A DNA stretch of 64,000 nt from Eledone cirrhosa (GCA_964016885.1 OZ024753.1:3596001-3660000), one strand, 5' to 3'. Positions 1 through 13,456 are shown, counted from the stretch's first letter. The notes: a model not told the origin generated them from the letters alone. Numbers and translations are program-made.

Positions 1-666
1 CCGCACTTTTATCAAATCCTACTCTGACACTACTAGAAAAGCTCCTTAGTTCCATAATACTGATACAACATTCAATTTGTTAATCTCATTTCAGCCGTAA
101 TTGAGATGTCGAAAGATGAAAGGGATTCATGAACTTATAATCCAATAGTTAATTTCAAACATAGTGCAAATAGGACAGCGTTATCTAATATGTTTCTTTC
201 CTTCCTTTAATCTGTATAGCGTATTTTCAATGCATTTGGCAGGGATATTTACGATGTTGAGTACGATGCACACATTTTTTTGCTATTTAGATGTTACACA
301 ACGTTGCTGTTCATATATATATATAATGTGCTATTGGATTTCGCTTAGTTCAGGTTACAAAAGCCGGTTAACACCTTACTTGACAAAACATCACTTCAGC
401 CATTCCACCATTTTATATTTGATATAAATTGGATACTAAAATATATAAATACATATATCGCTTATCTGTGTTAATCCTATTTTTAACTTTGTAACTTCTC
501 CAAGGATTACAGATCACAAAAATATCAAAGGACGACAACCCTACGATCGACCTACTGAAGTAAACATCTAGTGTCAACCATAACTAGACCTAGACGCTGA
601 AACACTCCTCGTTATGGGCTACTCTAATTCAGAAATAGGGAAACCGAAAACGATATCTCATATACC

Positions 667-720
<54 letters not shown>

Positions 721-753
721 TGTGGGGGGGGGGGGTCTGCTTCGTAGAATCAA

Positions 754-849
754 GACGTATCTGAGGAACTTGCGATTTTCAGAGTCAGGTTCGATCATCA
801 CCTCGATTGTGCCTCGAGCTGGTCGGCAGAGAAACGATTGTAATATATC
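754..849 (+). ncRNA. Type I hammerhead ribozyme-like motif with long helix II (family A), degenerate
   Basis: gacgtat-CTGAGGA(761-767)-~63 nt helix II region-GAAA(831-834)-cgattg-TA-atatatc; helix I imperfect; AATAAA at 851; homologous to 34850-34919. Confidence 0.6.
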
Positions 850-970
850 CAATAAATTCCATTCGTCGCAACACTGATTCTCTTTTTTTCTGTGATATCA
901 TACTCTGCTCTATGAGAGCATCGAGTGCGCATACGGCCTACCGCATACGGACGCTTTAAGCATCCAACAC

Positions 971-1004
<34 letters not shown>

Positions 1005-1009
<5 letters not shown>

Positions 1010-1330
1010 AAATACAGTTAAATAAAAGTCAAATGATTAAAATTTAGCTTCGTTTATTACTGCTATATATATTTCAGTGACAGCCATCTTTGGCTGTGAC
1101 CTCTTCAGGCACTTTGAATTAGTATGGTATAGACAAGTACATATGTTGTTGAGGTGTATAATATTGTCAATACTCTGATATGCCCAGTTCCTTGTTGGGT
1201 TGTTATTTCACTGAGGAACTGGAGTCATATCTCACTACTCCGGAGTAACCAAACCAACCTGCGCACTTCGTCGAGTGCTCCAGCCTGCATACTGAGGTGT
1301 TGGTATACAACCAACTTAAACTCAAAATCT
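1005..1330 (-). mobile_element. Non-autonomous Penelope-like element (family B) with minimal HHR at 1059-1113, in (TA)n
   Basis: Minus strand tgc-CTGAAGA-ggtcacagcca-aaga-tggctgtcact-GAAA-tatata-TA-gcagt-AATAAA; second copy at 43866-44233; flanked by TA repeats. Confidence 0.7.
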
Positions 1331-1344
1331 CTCTATATATATAT

Positions 1345-1431
1345 ATAAATCAGGAAAGAAGGTTGACGTGGTTTGCTATACAAAAAAGGTTTTTTAATAG
1401 CAAACCATGTCAACCTTCTTTCCTGATTTAT
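1345..1431. repeat. Inverted repeat (hairpin, ~35-bp arms) next to a TA tract
   Basis: aaatcaggaaagaaggttgacgtggtttgctat ... atagcaaaccatgtcaaccttctttcctgattt. Confidence 0.85.
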
Positions 1432-1598
1432 TATTACTTCAAGTGTTTACAACATAGGAATTACAGCATACCCGCAGCATCACTATGAAAACGCCTTGTT
1501 GAGTCAAATCAAGCCAAGCATTGATATCATCCACTACCTGGAATACCATAACTGGACTTTACCTAAGTGGACTGCATTTAACTATTATTTGTTACCCC

Positions 1599-1632
<34 letters not shown>

Positions 1633-2389
1633 GCAGTTATTTTACAACTCCCAGATGAGGGGAAATGGTATTTCAAAATTAGGTATATTGGTGCAACTAT
1701 TGTTCTGTTGCTATATAATTCAAAGCTCTACAACTCTCGTTCTATTAAAATTAAATCATAAGCCGTACTTAAATTTGTACGTAGAATGAAAGTCGTAATG
1801 GAGAAGAATTAGTTAGTGCTGCTTACCTCGCTTTCTGAAATATGATGCATTACAACTAGTTAAGTTTGCTTAGCAATTACGAGGCTTGAAGTTCATCCCC
1901 ACTGTATGATATATTGGGCAAATACCTTTTACAATAGCGTTGGCTAAAAGCAAGTCCTTGCGAAACAAACTCGATAGTCAGAAACCGGAGTGAGTTTTGT
2001 CTGGCAATTAAGTATTCCGCCTTCTCACAATTACATGAAAGATATCTATTTTTATAGAGTACTAAGCTTCCTATGCGCTAATTCAGAGAGTAGTTAAGCT
2101 AGTTGACAAAACAACTGAATACACCATGTAGACCCGATTAAGATCTATTTAAATTTTGACGCATATTAACTTGTTGAATGTCACACGTCATCTCTGATAA
2201 TTTCATCTTTCGAACCACCAATATGTGACACTGAAAACATGAACACAGTGATATTAATGGCTGACACGTTTGTACATTTAACTTAGATGACTAAGTTGTT
2301 CGTTAGAGTTTTCCTAATGAAATATATTGTATGTGAATTCATTGCCACAAATAATAACTCCTGACAACATCAATGACACCGCCATTATT

Positions 2390-2548
2390 GATTGGCAGTA
2401 TCGGTAGAGGGTCGGGCGCCATGCTTAGCAGCATAGAGTTACGGCCATTTAGGGTCTAAGATCGAATCCCGTCGGGGTCGATAAAATAAAGTACCAGTAA
2501 TGCACTGGGATAATTACTGGCCTTGTGCCAAAAGTAGAAACAATTATT
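2390..2548 (+). mobile_element. tRNA-derived SINE family 1, internally deleted copy
   Basis: A-box-like TGGCAGTATCGG; central GGGGTCGATAAAATAAAGTACCAG; tail CCTTGTGCCAAAAGTAGAAACAATTATT shared with ~15 copies in the window. Confidence 0.85.
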
Positions 2549-3083
2549 AATACAAATACCACCACCACAACCACTATAAACATTACCCTAACCGTCATCA
2601 TTAGCACCAGAAAACAACACCACCAGCACCACATTAAAATCACTATAAATGCCAACACACCACCATTGTAACAACTATCTTCCACCATCAACACCATCAG
2701 CATCGCTGACACCATTCTTCGGTCTACCATGTTATCTGTGATCTTATTTTTAGTTGTTTTTCCACCTCGACCCACATCTCATCTGTGATGTCTGTCTTTT
2801 TATCTCTGTCTACATTCCACTACATATATACTTTTCCCTGTCTGTCTGTCGAGATGTCTGCCTACTGTCACTCTCGCCTTCATATCATCTATTTTTCAAC
2901 TTCTTTCTCTTTCTTTATCTCTCACTCTCTATCTGTCTTTAAATATAAATAAATATACACACACACACACACACATACACATATATAGATATGGCAGTGC
3001 CCTAGCATGGCCTTAGCCTGTCGGCTGGAACACGCAGTAGAATATAACACACACACACACACACACATACATAAATATATATA

Positions 3084-3254
3084 ACGAAGGAAATGTGGTA
3101 AGGAACCAGGTGGACCATAACGCACCAAATTACTCAATACTTAGGGTAGTAGAGTGGGTAATAGGAACGAGTAGGACCCGACGGCTAATTCTGGACTCAG
3201 TCCAGGATTAGCCGTCGAAACGGCTTGAGCTCAGCCGTCGGGGTCCTATTCATT

Positions 3255-3258
<4 letters not shown>
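3084..3258. mobile_element. Fold-back Penelope-like element (family C) with HHR skeleton lacking CUGANGA
   Basis: Left part is the reverse complement of the family 3' end; helix II hairpin, GAAA(3217-3220), cggct/agccg helix III, GTC, ggggtcc; homologues at 13462, 30761, 51650, 51845. Confidence 0.7.
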
Positions 3259-3318
<60 letters not shown>

Positions 3319-3370
3319 TAATAAGAAAATGTGACGTAGTTTCAGATGTTAAAGTCCGTTACTGATTATA

Positions 3371-3444
3371 CCATGATACATATTTCAATGACTACAGTGG
3401 CTACACGATTCCGTGTACCCAGTGCGGTGACCTCATCAATATGG
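3371..3444 (-). ncRNA. Degenerate type I HHR motif
   Basis: Minus strand ccat(a)-TTGATGA-ggtcaccgcactgg...ccactgtagtcatt-GAAA-tatgta-TC-atgg; helix II start resembles family B. Confidence 0.5.
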
Positions 3445-3959
3445 CTCTATATTTCAACAAACATATCTGGTGCTCTATTTCCTAGTCTATTTTTCTGTTA
3501 ACACTCGTCTGCCTATATGTCTACCTGTGTCACCATGTGTCTCTATTATTTATATATGCACATTTGTAACTGTAACTCATATGTTTATAGTAAGCTTTGA
3601 TGCCAACCTGACTCTCTCTCTCACTCGTTTTGTATCTATCTATCATACATATATAAATATACATGCATACAGACACACGCAGCGTAAGCATAACATATTT
3701 CCATTTTTGTTTGATAGATGTCATTTTGTTACTGAAAATTACTACTAGTTCCTTTAGAAGGGAAAATGTAAATCATGTTCAGAAAATCTGTTATCTTGAA
3801 ATTTGTAATTTAAAACAATGAAAAAAGTATACTTTCAAATAATATCCGAGATATGGTATTTTATAATCAGGGAAAGATATTATACTCACCCAGTTTATAT
3901 AATTATATATTATATTATGTTTGTATAATATACAATCTAATGTATAATGCATGTATTCC

Positions 3960-4027
<68 letters not shown>

Positions 4028-4060
4028 GCACATATTATATTATATATATATATATACATG

Positions 4061-4097
<37 letters not shown>

Positions 4098-4108
4098 ACA
4101 TATATATA

Positions 4109-4164
<56 letters not shown>

Positions 4165-4401
4165 GTTAAAAGAATAGAGGCGTACACACACAAGTTGTTA
4201 TATATTGGTAAACGGAATAGAAAATGCTGACAAATTGTTCACAGTGAAAAATAGTTTAATTAGGAATAAGTGAGAATTAGTATTGGTTAGTATTCAGTTT
4301 TGGTTTTAAGTTTTACCGGTTGGGCATTTCTAAATGCTTTTCAAAAATAATTTTGAGATAGAGCGTCCGTAATGTTTGATCTGATCTGGATCATATATAT
4401 A

Positions 4402-4712
4402 TATAAACGTTTGTATATGTATAATAAAGCCAAAACAATGCAGGTATGGACATAGAATAAAGAATGCAAATGCAAAAGATATTGTTGACAATTAGTCTTT
4501 TACCTTAGATTTATTTAAATGTCCTTAATTTTCGAGATAATATCTCTTCTTCGGAGGGAAGTAAAGCGGTTAAACCAGTGTTCTAAATAGCTTGCCGAAG
4601 AAGAGATATCTCGAAAATTAAGGACATTTAAATAAATCTAAGGTAAAAGACTAATTGTCAACAATATATTTTGCATTGTTTTAGCTTTATTATACATATA
4701 CAAACGTTTATA
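4402..4712. mobile_element. Fold-back Penelope-like element with two inverted minimal HHR-like motifs (4521-4558 minus, 4595-4625 plus)
   Basis: ~120-bp inverted arms; CCGAAGA-agagata(tta)tctc-GAAA-at-TA-aggac, followed by AATAAA; TA flank. Confidence 0.65.
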
Positions 4713-4991
4713 CCTTATTACACAATGCTTCAAGTGAACTATAACCTCCTCCATATATATATATATGTATGTATCTATGTGTGTCTGTTGTTTGTGTGTG
4801 TGTGTGATATGGTTGATGAAGATGGAGACTGTGAGAGACATCAATAAAAATGATGCCAAGAGAACTGTTTGAAGAATGTTGATGAGGCTCCCGAGAAATG
4901 ACACAAAATCCGGCGGTGATTTTGTCGTAATTTCATTGAAGGCCAATGCATTCCATGATGCGAAGTAACTATAAGAATATACGTGTATGTA

Positions 4992-5090
4992 CAGAGTGTA
5001 CCCAAAAATGTATACATACTTTGCTTACCTGTACTGGCAATATTTATTAGAATGGTGTTGAATTGTGTATACATTTTTTGGTACACCCTA
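4992..5090. mobile_element. Tc1/mariner-type MITE (~99 bp)
   Basis: TA-cagagtgtacccaaaaatgtatac ... gtatacattttttggtacacccta-TA; ~25-bp imperfect TIRs. Confidence 0.7.
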
Positions 5091-5117
5091 TATATATATA
5101 TATATATACATATATAT

Positions 5118-5160
<43 letters not shown>

Positions 5161-5357
5161 TATATATATATATATACACACACACATATATATATATATA
5201 TACACACACATATATATATATACATATATATATATACATATATATATATACACATATATACATATATATATATATACACACACATATACATATATATATA
5301 TACATATATATATATGTACTAAGAGTGAGAAATGAAATTTCGTTTCATTTTTCCGTT

Positions 5358-5405
<48 letters not shown>

Positions 5406-5406
5406 C

Positions 5407-5505
<99 letters not shown>

Positions 5506-6040
5506 GTTCAAGATAAGTAAAAATAAGTAAAAGACAAAGAATGGGTTATATATGAATATACGCAGAGAAACAGAGAGAGAGAGAGAGAGAGTGAGAGAGG
5601 GAGAGAGAGAGAGGGGGGGGAAGAGACATACAGACATATATGCTTCCCCAGACTGTCTCTCTCACTGCTTGTTGACCGAATTTCTAAGACATTACCCATC
5701 TGTGCACCTATGATTACCCCCTCTCCCTCACTTTCTCTCAATCTGCACGTACGATCTCTCTCTCTCTGTCTGTGTCTATGTTTACATCTCTGTGTCTCTC
5801 TTTCTCCATCTCCATCATCATCATCATGCTTATCATCATCATGCTTATCATCATCATCATCATCATGCTTATCATCATCATCATCATCATGCTTATCATC
5901 ATCATCATCATTACCACTACACTCGTCAACATCAAACAAGAGAATATATTTACCACCACCACCACCAAACGTTCACTAAATACCAGCACAACAACAACAA
6001 CAACAACAGTAATCCTCAACATTATGAATATCATCAGCAG

Positions 6041-6235
6041 GGTGGTGGATTGGCAGTGTCGGTAGAGGGTCGGACGCCATGCTTTGACGTATAGAGTTAC
6101 GGCCCTTGCCATTCTGAGTTCAAATCCCGCCGAGGTTAACTTTGCCTTTCATCCTTACGGGGGTCGATAAAATAAAGTACCAGTAATACACTGGGGTAAT
6201 TCCTGGCCTTGTGCCAAAAAGTCGAAACAATTATT
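6041..6235 (+). mobile_element. tRNA-derived SINE family 1, full length
   Basis: A box TGGCAGTGTCGG, B box GTTCAAATCCC, central GCCTTTCATCCTTACGGGGGTCGATAAAATAAAGTACCAG (resembles the Meta-type central domain, from recall), ATT tail. Confidence 0.9.
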
Positions 6236-6298
6236 ATGGTTGTTGTTGTTATCGTTATTGTGGTCATCATCATCATCATAACCGCTATCGTCATTGCG

Positions 6299-6461
6299 AG
6301 TCGGACGCCATGCTTTTCACTAGAGTTACGTCCCTTTACGGACTGAGTTCAAATCCCGCCCGGGTTAACGTTGCCTTTCATCCTTAGGGGGTCGATACAA
6401 TAAAGTACCAGTAATACACTGGGATAATTGCTGGCCTTGTGCCAAAAAGTAGAAACAATTA
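6299..6461 (+). mobile_element. SINE family 1, 5'-truncated
   Basis: B box, central domain and tail match 6041-6235. Confidence 0.85.
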
Positions 6462-6984
6462 TGAATATAATCACCATCGCCATCACCACCACTATATTCC
6501 ATCTCCCCCTACTCCTCATCATCATCATCGTCGTCATCATCGTTGCTGTCTTTATAACGAAGTCCACAATACCCAGCAACATCCATGGCCACCGTCAGCA
6601 TTACAACAACAACAACAGAAACAACAAGAACGATGACAACAACTCAACCAGCAACATTCTGCACCACCACTAACAGTAGCAGCGCCCCCCACCTCCAAAA
6701 CCACTTCCACCCCCACATCTCCCATTACCACCACTACCACCATCAAAGCCATCACCACCCACCACCACTGTCATCATCATCATCATCATCATCATCATCG
6801 GCACTGTCTCTGTCAATATTGTTTTTCTCCAGAATCACACACTTCTATACTGTCTTCTGATTCATCCATTCTCAGAAATATTCCCACATTCTTCTTTTCA
6901 TTCTCTCCAATCCTCCACACTCCACCCAACGAAATTTTCCTTCTCTGCTTTTATCTCTCTCATGCCACCGTCTTCCATCAACCC

Positions 6985-7303
6985 ACTTCTCTATATCTCT
7001 ATCTGTCTACTTCTCTACATCTCTATCTGTCTACTTCTCTACATATCTATCTGTCTACTTCTCTATATCTCTATCTATCTACTTCTCTACATCTCTATCT
7101 ATCTACTTCTCTACATCTCTATCTGTCTACTTCTCTACATCTCTATCTATCTACTTCTCTACATCTCTATCTATCTACTTCTCTATATCTCTATCTGTCT
7201 ACTTCTCTACATCTCTATCTGTCTACTTCTCTACATCTCTATCTGTCTACTTCTCTACATCTCTATCTGTCTACTTCTCTACATCTCTATCTGTCTACTT
7301 CTT
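6985..7303. repeat. 24-bp minisatellite (ctacttctctacatctctatctgt), ~13 copies
   Basis: Direct tandem units; explains the LLYISIC ORF. Confidence 0.9.
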
Positions 7304-7539
7304 TAGGTCTTTGCCTCTCGCTTTGCTCTATCTGCCATTCCTGCTCTATCTCTGTATTATTCTCCAGCTCTCTGCTTGTCTCTCCTACGCGTCCACTCCC
7401 TTTTTATCAAATGTCGGTTGTCATTTTAAGAACGACCATATCCTTTAAAGAAATCACAGTTGTCAGAACAATAACACTAAAAAGGAACAGAGAAAGAAAA
7501 CAACACAAAACGCCAACAATATCAACAATAATACTAATA

Positions 7540-8420
7540 ACAAAAATATTTAAGATAACCACAGCAACAGTAACAATGGCAACAACAATAACGGGAACTA
7601 ACAACAGCAGCAATAGTAACAATAGCAACGGTAACAGTAACAACATCAGCAGTAACAGTAACAACATCAGCAGTAACAGTAACAACAGCAATAGTAACAA
7701 TGGCAACAACAATAACGGGAAATTTAACAACAGCAGGAGTAGGAACAAGAACAGCAATAATAACAGAAACAACAGCAACAGTAACAACATCAGCAGCAAC
7801 AGTAACAGCATTAGCAGCAGCAACACAAAACAACAGTAACATCATCAGCAGCAATAACAATAACAACAACAACAACAGTAACAGTAACAGCATCAGCAGC
7901 AGTAACAGTAACAACAGCAACAGTAACAGCATTAACAATAACAACAGTAACAACAACAACAACAGCAGTAGTAACAACAACAACAACAACAGTAACAACA
8001 ACAACAGCAGTAGTAACAGCATTAGCAGCAGCAACAATAACAGCATTAACAATAACAACAGTAACAACAACAACAACAGCAGTAGTAACAACAACAACAA
8101 CAATAACAGTAACAACAACAACAACAACAACAACAACAGTAACAACAACAACAGTAACAACAACAACAGTAACAACAACAACAACAACAACAACAGTAAC
8201 AATAAAAACAGAACAGTAACAACAACAATACTATTGCCAAGAACAGTAACGGCAGCAACAACGATAACAACAAGTGTTTTAGTAACAACAACAGTAACAG
8301 TAACAACGACAGTAACAGTAACAACAACAGTAACAGTAACAACGACAGTAACAGTAACAACGACAGTAACAGTAACAACGACAGTAACAACAACAACAAC
8401 AACAACAATAGCAAGAGTAA
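7540..8420. repeat. Compound (AAC/AGC/AGT)n microsatellite
   Basis: Trinucleotide runs producing poly-N/S/T/L pseudo-ORFs. Confidence 0.9.
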
Positions 8421-8629
8421 CATCAAGAGGTGAATCACCACAATTATCGCCATGGCGGTAAGACCATTGTAGTCAATAGCGACACGAATAAAGTCAGTAG
8501 AAACAACAAACGCTAGGAATAACAACAACAACAACAACAGCAGCTACATATATCAGAAGAAGAAGAAGAAGAACAAATACATCAGCCAGAAAAATAAGAA
8601 TGACTACAGCAACAACAACAACAGTTACA

Positions 8630-9011
8630 TACGAGGGCAATCCCAAAAGTAAGGTCTCCAAAGCGGTGGGGACGCAGAGAAACTGTTCGTACGGCTGTTG
8701 GCAACACTGTTGTGATTGGCGATTACTTCACTCCCAAACAAGTGTGCTCAATCTTGGCTTGGCAGCCGTTAAGAATGGAGATCCCGTTGAACGCTACCGC
8801 AGCCAAGTGAGAATGTCGCGCAGTTATTATATACGAGGGCAATCCCAAAAGTAAGGTCTCCTTCCGAGGAAAACATGGGTAAAGATCGGCGGATCACTCT
8901 GGATGTTCTCTGCATTTTGGTTGCTGAGGTTTCCCGAAGAACCATCCACAGGATTTTAACGGAAAAGTTGCAATATCGGAAGGAGACCTTACTTTTGGGA
9001 TTGTCCTCGTA
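8630..9011 (+). mobile_element. Mariner-derived MITE with three TIR copies and a transposase HTH remnant
   Basis: TIR TACGAGGGCAATCCCAAAAGTAAGGTCTCC at 8630 and again at 8832, inverted at 8982-9011; remnant DRRITLDVLCILVAEVSRRTIHRILTEKLQYRK resembles the mariner HTH. Confidence 0.85.
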
Positions 9012-9372
9012 TATAAGAACAACAACAACAACAACTACAACATCAGCCAGAGAGTTAAGAACGACTACAACAACAACAAAGATAACAACGACTGCCAGAA
9101 CAACAACAACAACAACGACAACAACAATTACACCAATGTCAAAACATTAAACACCTCTCAAGATTTAACCCCCCCCCCCCTCCAATAAATAAAACAAATA
9201 AAAAAAGATTTAAAGAGAAGAAATATTTGTAAAATGAAAAAAAAACAAACTATGAAATAAAGAAAACTTTGAAACAATATTAAGTGAAAAACATATGAAA
9301 TACTAATATGAACACACAGACACACACATATACACATACACACACATACATACACACATAAGCCGACTCATA

Positions 9373-9430
<58 letters not shown>

Positions 9431-9713
9431 CACATAGATACATGGAAAGAGAGAGAGAGATATACACACACATACATATATAGATTCAAACATACATTGA
9501 TACATACACACTCACATAGACAAATGCATACACACATAGACTCATTCAGAGAGAGACACGCACATACACACAATGATACACATATAAACACACATATACA
9601 CACATGGCGAGACAATACGCACGCATATATACATACATTCAGAGGGCACATACATACGTATAAACACAAACGGTTATAGAAATACTTATATGTACTTCAG
9701 ATATTCTCACACA

Positions 9714-9782
<69 letters not shown>

Positions 9783-10301
9783 GTATATATATATGAGGAT
9801 ATATACACAAACACACTTAAATACATACATACATATATACACACACACCTATGTATATATATATATATGAGGATATATACACAAACACTTAAATACATAC
9901 ATACATATATACACACACACACACATATATATTTATATATATATATACAGACGAGAGTACGCAAACTAAGAACAATAAGTGTATAAACAAAAAAAAAAAC
10001 AAAAAACGAATACCACTATCTACTCTCACATACACGCACGTCTGTACATTCAGATAAATACATTCCGACGCATGCGCACATTAAACTAATAAAAAGAAAA
10101 GTATAAAAAATATTTGTTTCCGGTGTCCTGTTGCACTGCAGTACCCGGTTTGGCAATATCTTCTTCGTCAAACACATATTTACACACATATATACATATA
10201 CATACATATGCATACATACATACATACACATATATATATATATATATATACATAAATCAGATGCGTTTGTATATATATATACATACATACATACGCGTTT
10301 G

Positions 10302-10333
<32 letters not shown>

Positions 10334-10541
10334 CACATATGTATATATATGCAGGTCTAAGTATATATATATATATACATGAATTCTCACATACATACTG
10401 TAACCAATTATTTCTTATTACTTACTGCTTCGTCGGTCTTGGTTTGAGGGCTTTCGTATGAATGTTTGTGTAAACTGCGTGTAACACACTCATGTGTATG
10501 TGTATATGTATGTATATACACACACACACACATATATAATT

Positions 10542-10578
<37 letters not shown>

Positions 10579-10632
10579 TATACACACATATATATATGTA
10601 TACATATATATTTATATACATATATATACACA

Positions 10633-10664
<32 letters not shown>

Positions 10665-10701
10665 CACATATATATACACATACACACACATATATATATA
10701 T

Positions 10702-10762
<61 letters not shown>

Positions 10763-11141
10763 CATATATACATATATATATATATATTTACATCTACATA
10801 TATAAATACATTTACATATACATATATAAATATATTTACATATACATATATATATTTACATATACATACATGTATTCTTATATATATATATATATATATA
10901 TATATGCGTGTAAATATGTGTGCACCTAAATGTGAAAGTATCTCTTTAGTATGAATGTGTATGCCTGCTTTGGTGTATGTGAGTATGTAAGTTTGTTTCT
11001 TTGAACATATTTTTAATCGTTTTATTTTTTTCGCCATTTTCCTTCTTGTTGTTTCGTTTATCATTCATATAACAATATTACCTGTCTTCTCACCTTTCTT
11101 ACGTATATCTATTTATCTATCTGTGTGTCTGTATATATATA

Positions 11142-11172
<31 letters not shown>

Positions 11173-11189
11173 GTGTGTGTATATAACAT

Positions 11190-11408
11190 TCGATGATGTT
11201 GACAAGTTCTCCTTTTCGGCTAGTGTTTTCGATGGACAGAGAGTGGGATTAGTCGAGTGCAAGGCCTTTCCCCACTTAGAAAACCTTCAAAGCACAGGCA
11301 TTGGTTGTTCAGGATCTGTTACAGGTTCGTGTGGCTGGCCGTAGCCTAAAGGCTACAATTTTCTGTAATCTGACAAGCGATTGCAATACTCTTAGCAGAG
11401 TTCGCAGC

Positions 11409-11411
<3 letters not shown>
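11190..11411 (+). mobile_element. Partial copy of the RTE-like non-autonomous element
   Basis: gatgttgacaagttctcc...gagagtggga...gcacaggcattg...gcagccac matches 24910-25230. Confidence 0.55.
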
Positions 11412-11457
<46 letters not shown>

Positions 11458-11524
11458 CATATATATACACACAGAGATATCTACGGTAAGTTGATATGTA
11501 TAGATGTACGGTAAGTTGTTATAT

Positions 11525-11580
<56 letters not shown>

Positions 11581-11902
11581 CCATGTATTGATCTATCTTT
11601 ATATCTATCTATCTATCAATCTAACATGTGTCTTCCTATCTCTCCTTTCTACATTTCTCTATCTTTCATTTTTCAACAGCCTTATTTTTACTGATGTTAT
11701 TCTTTCGTTTCATAAGCTCTCACTCTTCATTATACATTTCATTGATTTCATTCTCTCTTCGCCTCTCTTCCACTCAGCATCTTGCCTCCTTTTCATCGCC
11801 ATCTATCTCTCTATCAATCAGATATTTAATCTTTCGTCCTCTCTTGCACATTAGCTATATACTGACATGCATATATTCTTATATACATGAACACTAACAG
11901 AA

Positions 11903-11933
<31 letters not shown>

Positions 11934-12412
11934 CACATTATTCACACTGTCGCACAGATATATATATATATATATATACATATTTACGCATGCACGTGCA
12001 CACAGACTCAAACATCATATATATATATATATATATATACAGTTCCCTTTTTTTATTTCCCTCATAATGATTCGTCATTCTGTCATTCTTTTTCATCTTG
12101 TCTGTCGACAAACTCACATAATATATTACTACATATATGCATAGAATTACGAGCACAAGCCATTAATGGACCAGTAAATACATATCAAACATTACATGAG
12201 TCTATTATCTAGTACATAGACATACACATATATAGACGTATGAAAAAACCAACAACAACAGAATAACATCAAGATAGTTAACGAAATTGAATAGAGTCAT
12301 GAAATACAACTCCCTATCAAATGTGCATTCGATAATCCGGTTCATTGCGAAAGTTGTACCTTTGTACATGAAAGGAAAACTACAGACCATAGACGAAATA
12401 CATTACAATAAA

Positions 12413-12556
12413 ATAATTGTTTCTACTTTTGGCACAAGGCCAGCAATTATCCCAGTGTATTACTGGTACTTTATGTTATCGACCCCGTAAGGATGAAAGC
12501 CAAAGTTAACCTAAGGATTTGAGCATGGCGTCCGACCCTCTACCGATACTGCCAAT
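12413..12556 (-). mobile_element. SINE family 1 (internal deletion)
   Basis: Reverse complement of the family head, central domain and tail. Confidence 0.85.
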
Positions 12557-13050
12557 GTACATCAATATAAAATAATGGCTTTGTGTTCCAACAGGTTTAT
12601 AATATTTCACTTTGAATGTTATATTCACGTAATCTACGAGAAAATCTAGGGCATGAAAAGCCAAAACCGAAGACATTTATCACAACATTCTTAACTGTAA
12701 ATGTATTTTCTCAATATACGGTATTATATTGTAACCAATGCAATCTAGTGAAATATAGAAATGTAGCAACAAATAAATGCGAATCTACTGACACCTACTG
12801 GAGGATAGCAGAAAGTAATAGCAAAAGAAGCACAAAACAAACCATAAGAAAACAAAAAACACAACAGCATCTAAATTAAAACAATCGATTTACTTTTTTG
12901 CGAGAAAATGAAATTAGAAAATACCTTGTTATGGATGTTATTTGCCCCCGAAATATCAAATAGCAGAGTTAACGAGACATCATTAGAACATTGATTATAG
13001 CCAAATTACACTTGGAGTTCTATAACCCTTATCATACACTCTACTCTAAA

Positions 13051-13240
13051 GGGCGGTGGATTGGCAGTATCGGTAGAGGGTCGGGCGCCATGCTTTCCAG
13101 CATAGTTACGTCCCTTTACGATCTGACTTCAAATCCCGCCGAGGTTGACTTTGCCTTTCATCCTTACGGGGTCGATAAAATAAAATACCAGTAATGCACT
13201 GGGTATTTGCTGGCCTTGTGCCTAGTAGAAACAATTATTA
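13051..13240 (+). mobile_element. SINE family 1, full length
   Basis: A/B boxes, central domain, tail. Confidence 0.9.
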
Positions 13241-13424
13241 TACACTCTACTAAGGTGATGGGATATGTATGAACCACCCTAGATAATAAAATCACTGAAC
13301 TAGGATATCTTTCGGAAAAGTTTGATAGCACATACATGTATACATACAGACAGACATGAATATATATATATATATACAGAGAGACAGACATGAATATATA
13401 TATATATATATACAGACAGATATG

Positions 13425-13456
<32 letters not shown>

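Noticed and set aside
551-620. CTGAAGT...GAAAC HHR-like motif
   Set aside because: Core, helix I and helix III are all mismatched; possibly a decayed copy but not supportable.
1821-1840. Minus-strand 8-nt micro-exon (cag|AAAGCGAG|gtaagc)
   Set aside because: No real pyrimidine tract; likely chance.
6041-6135. SINE heads as tRNA genes
   Set aside because: A/B boxes run into a shared SINE body and tail; no intact cloverleaf.
6985-7303. Regular repeat array as possible CRISPR
   Set aside because: Contiguous units without unique spacers, eukaryotic context, no cas genes.
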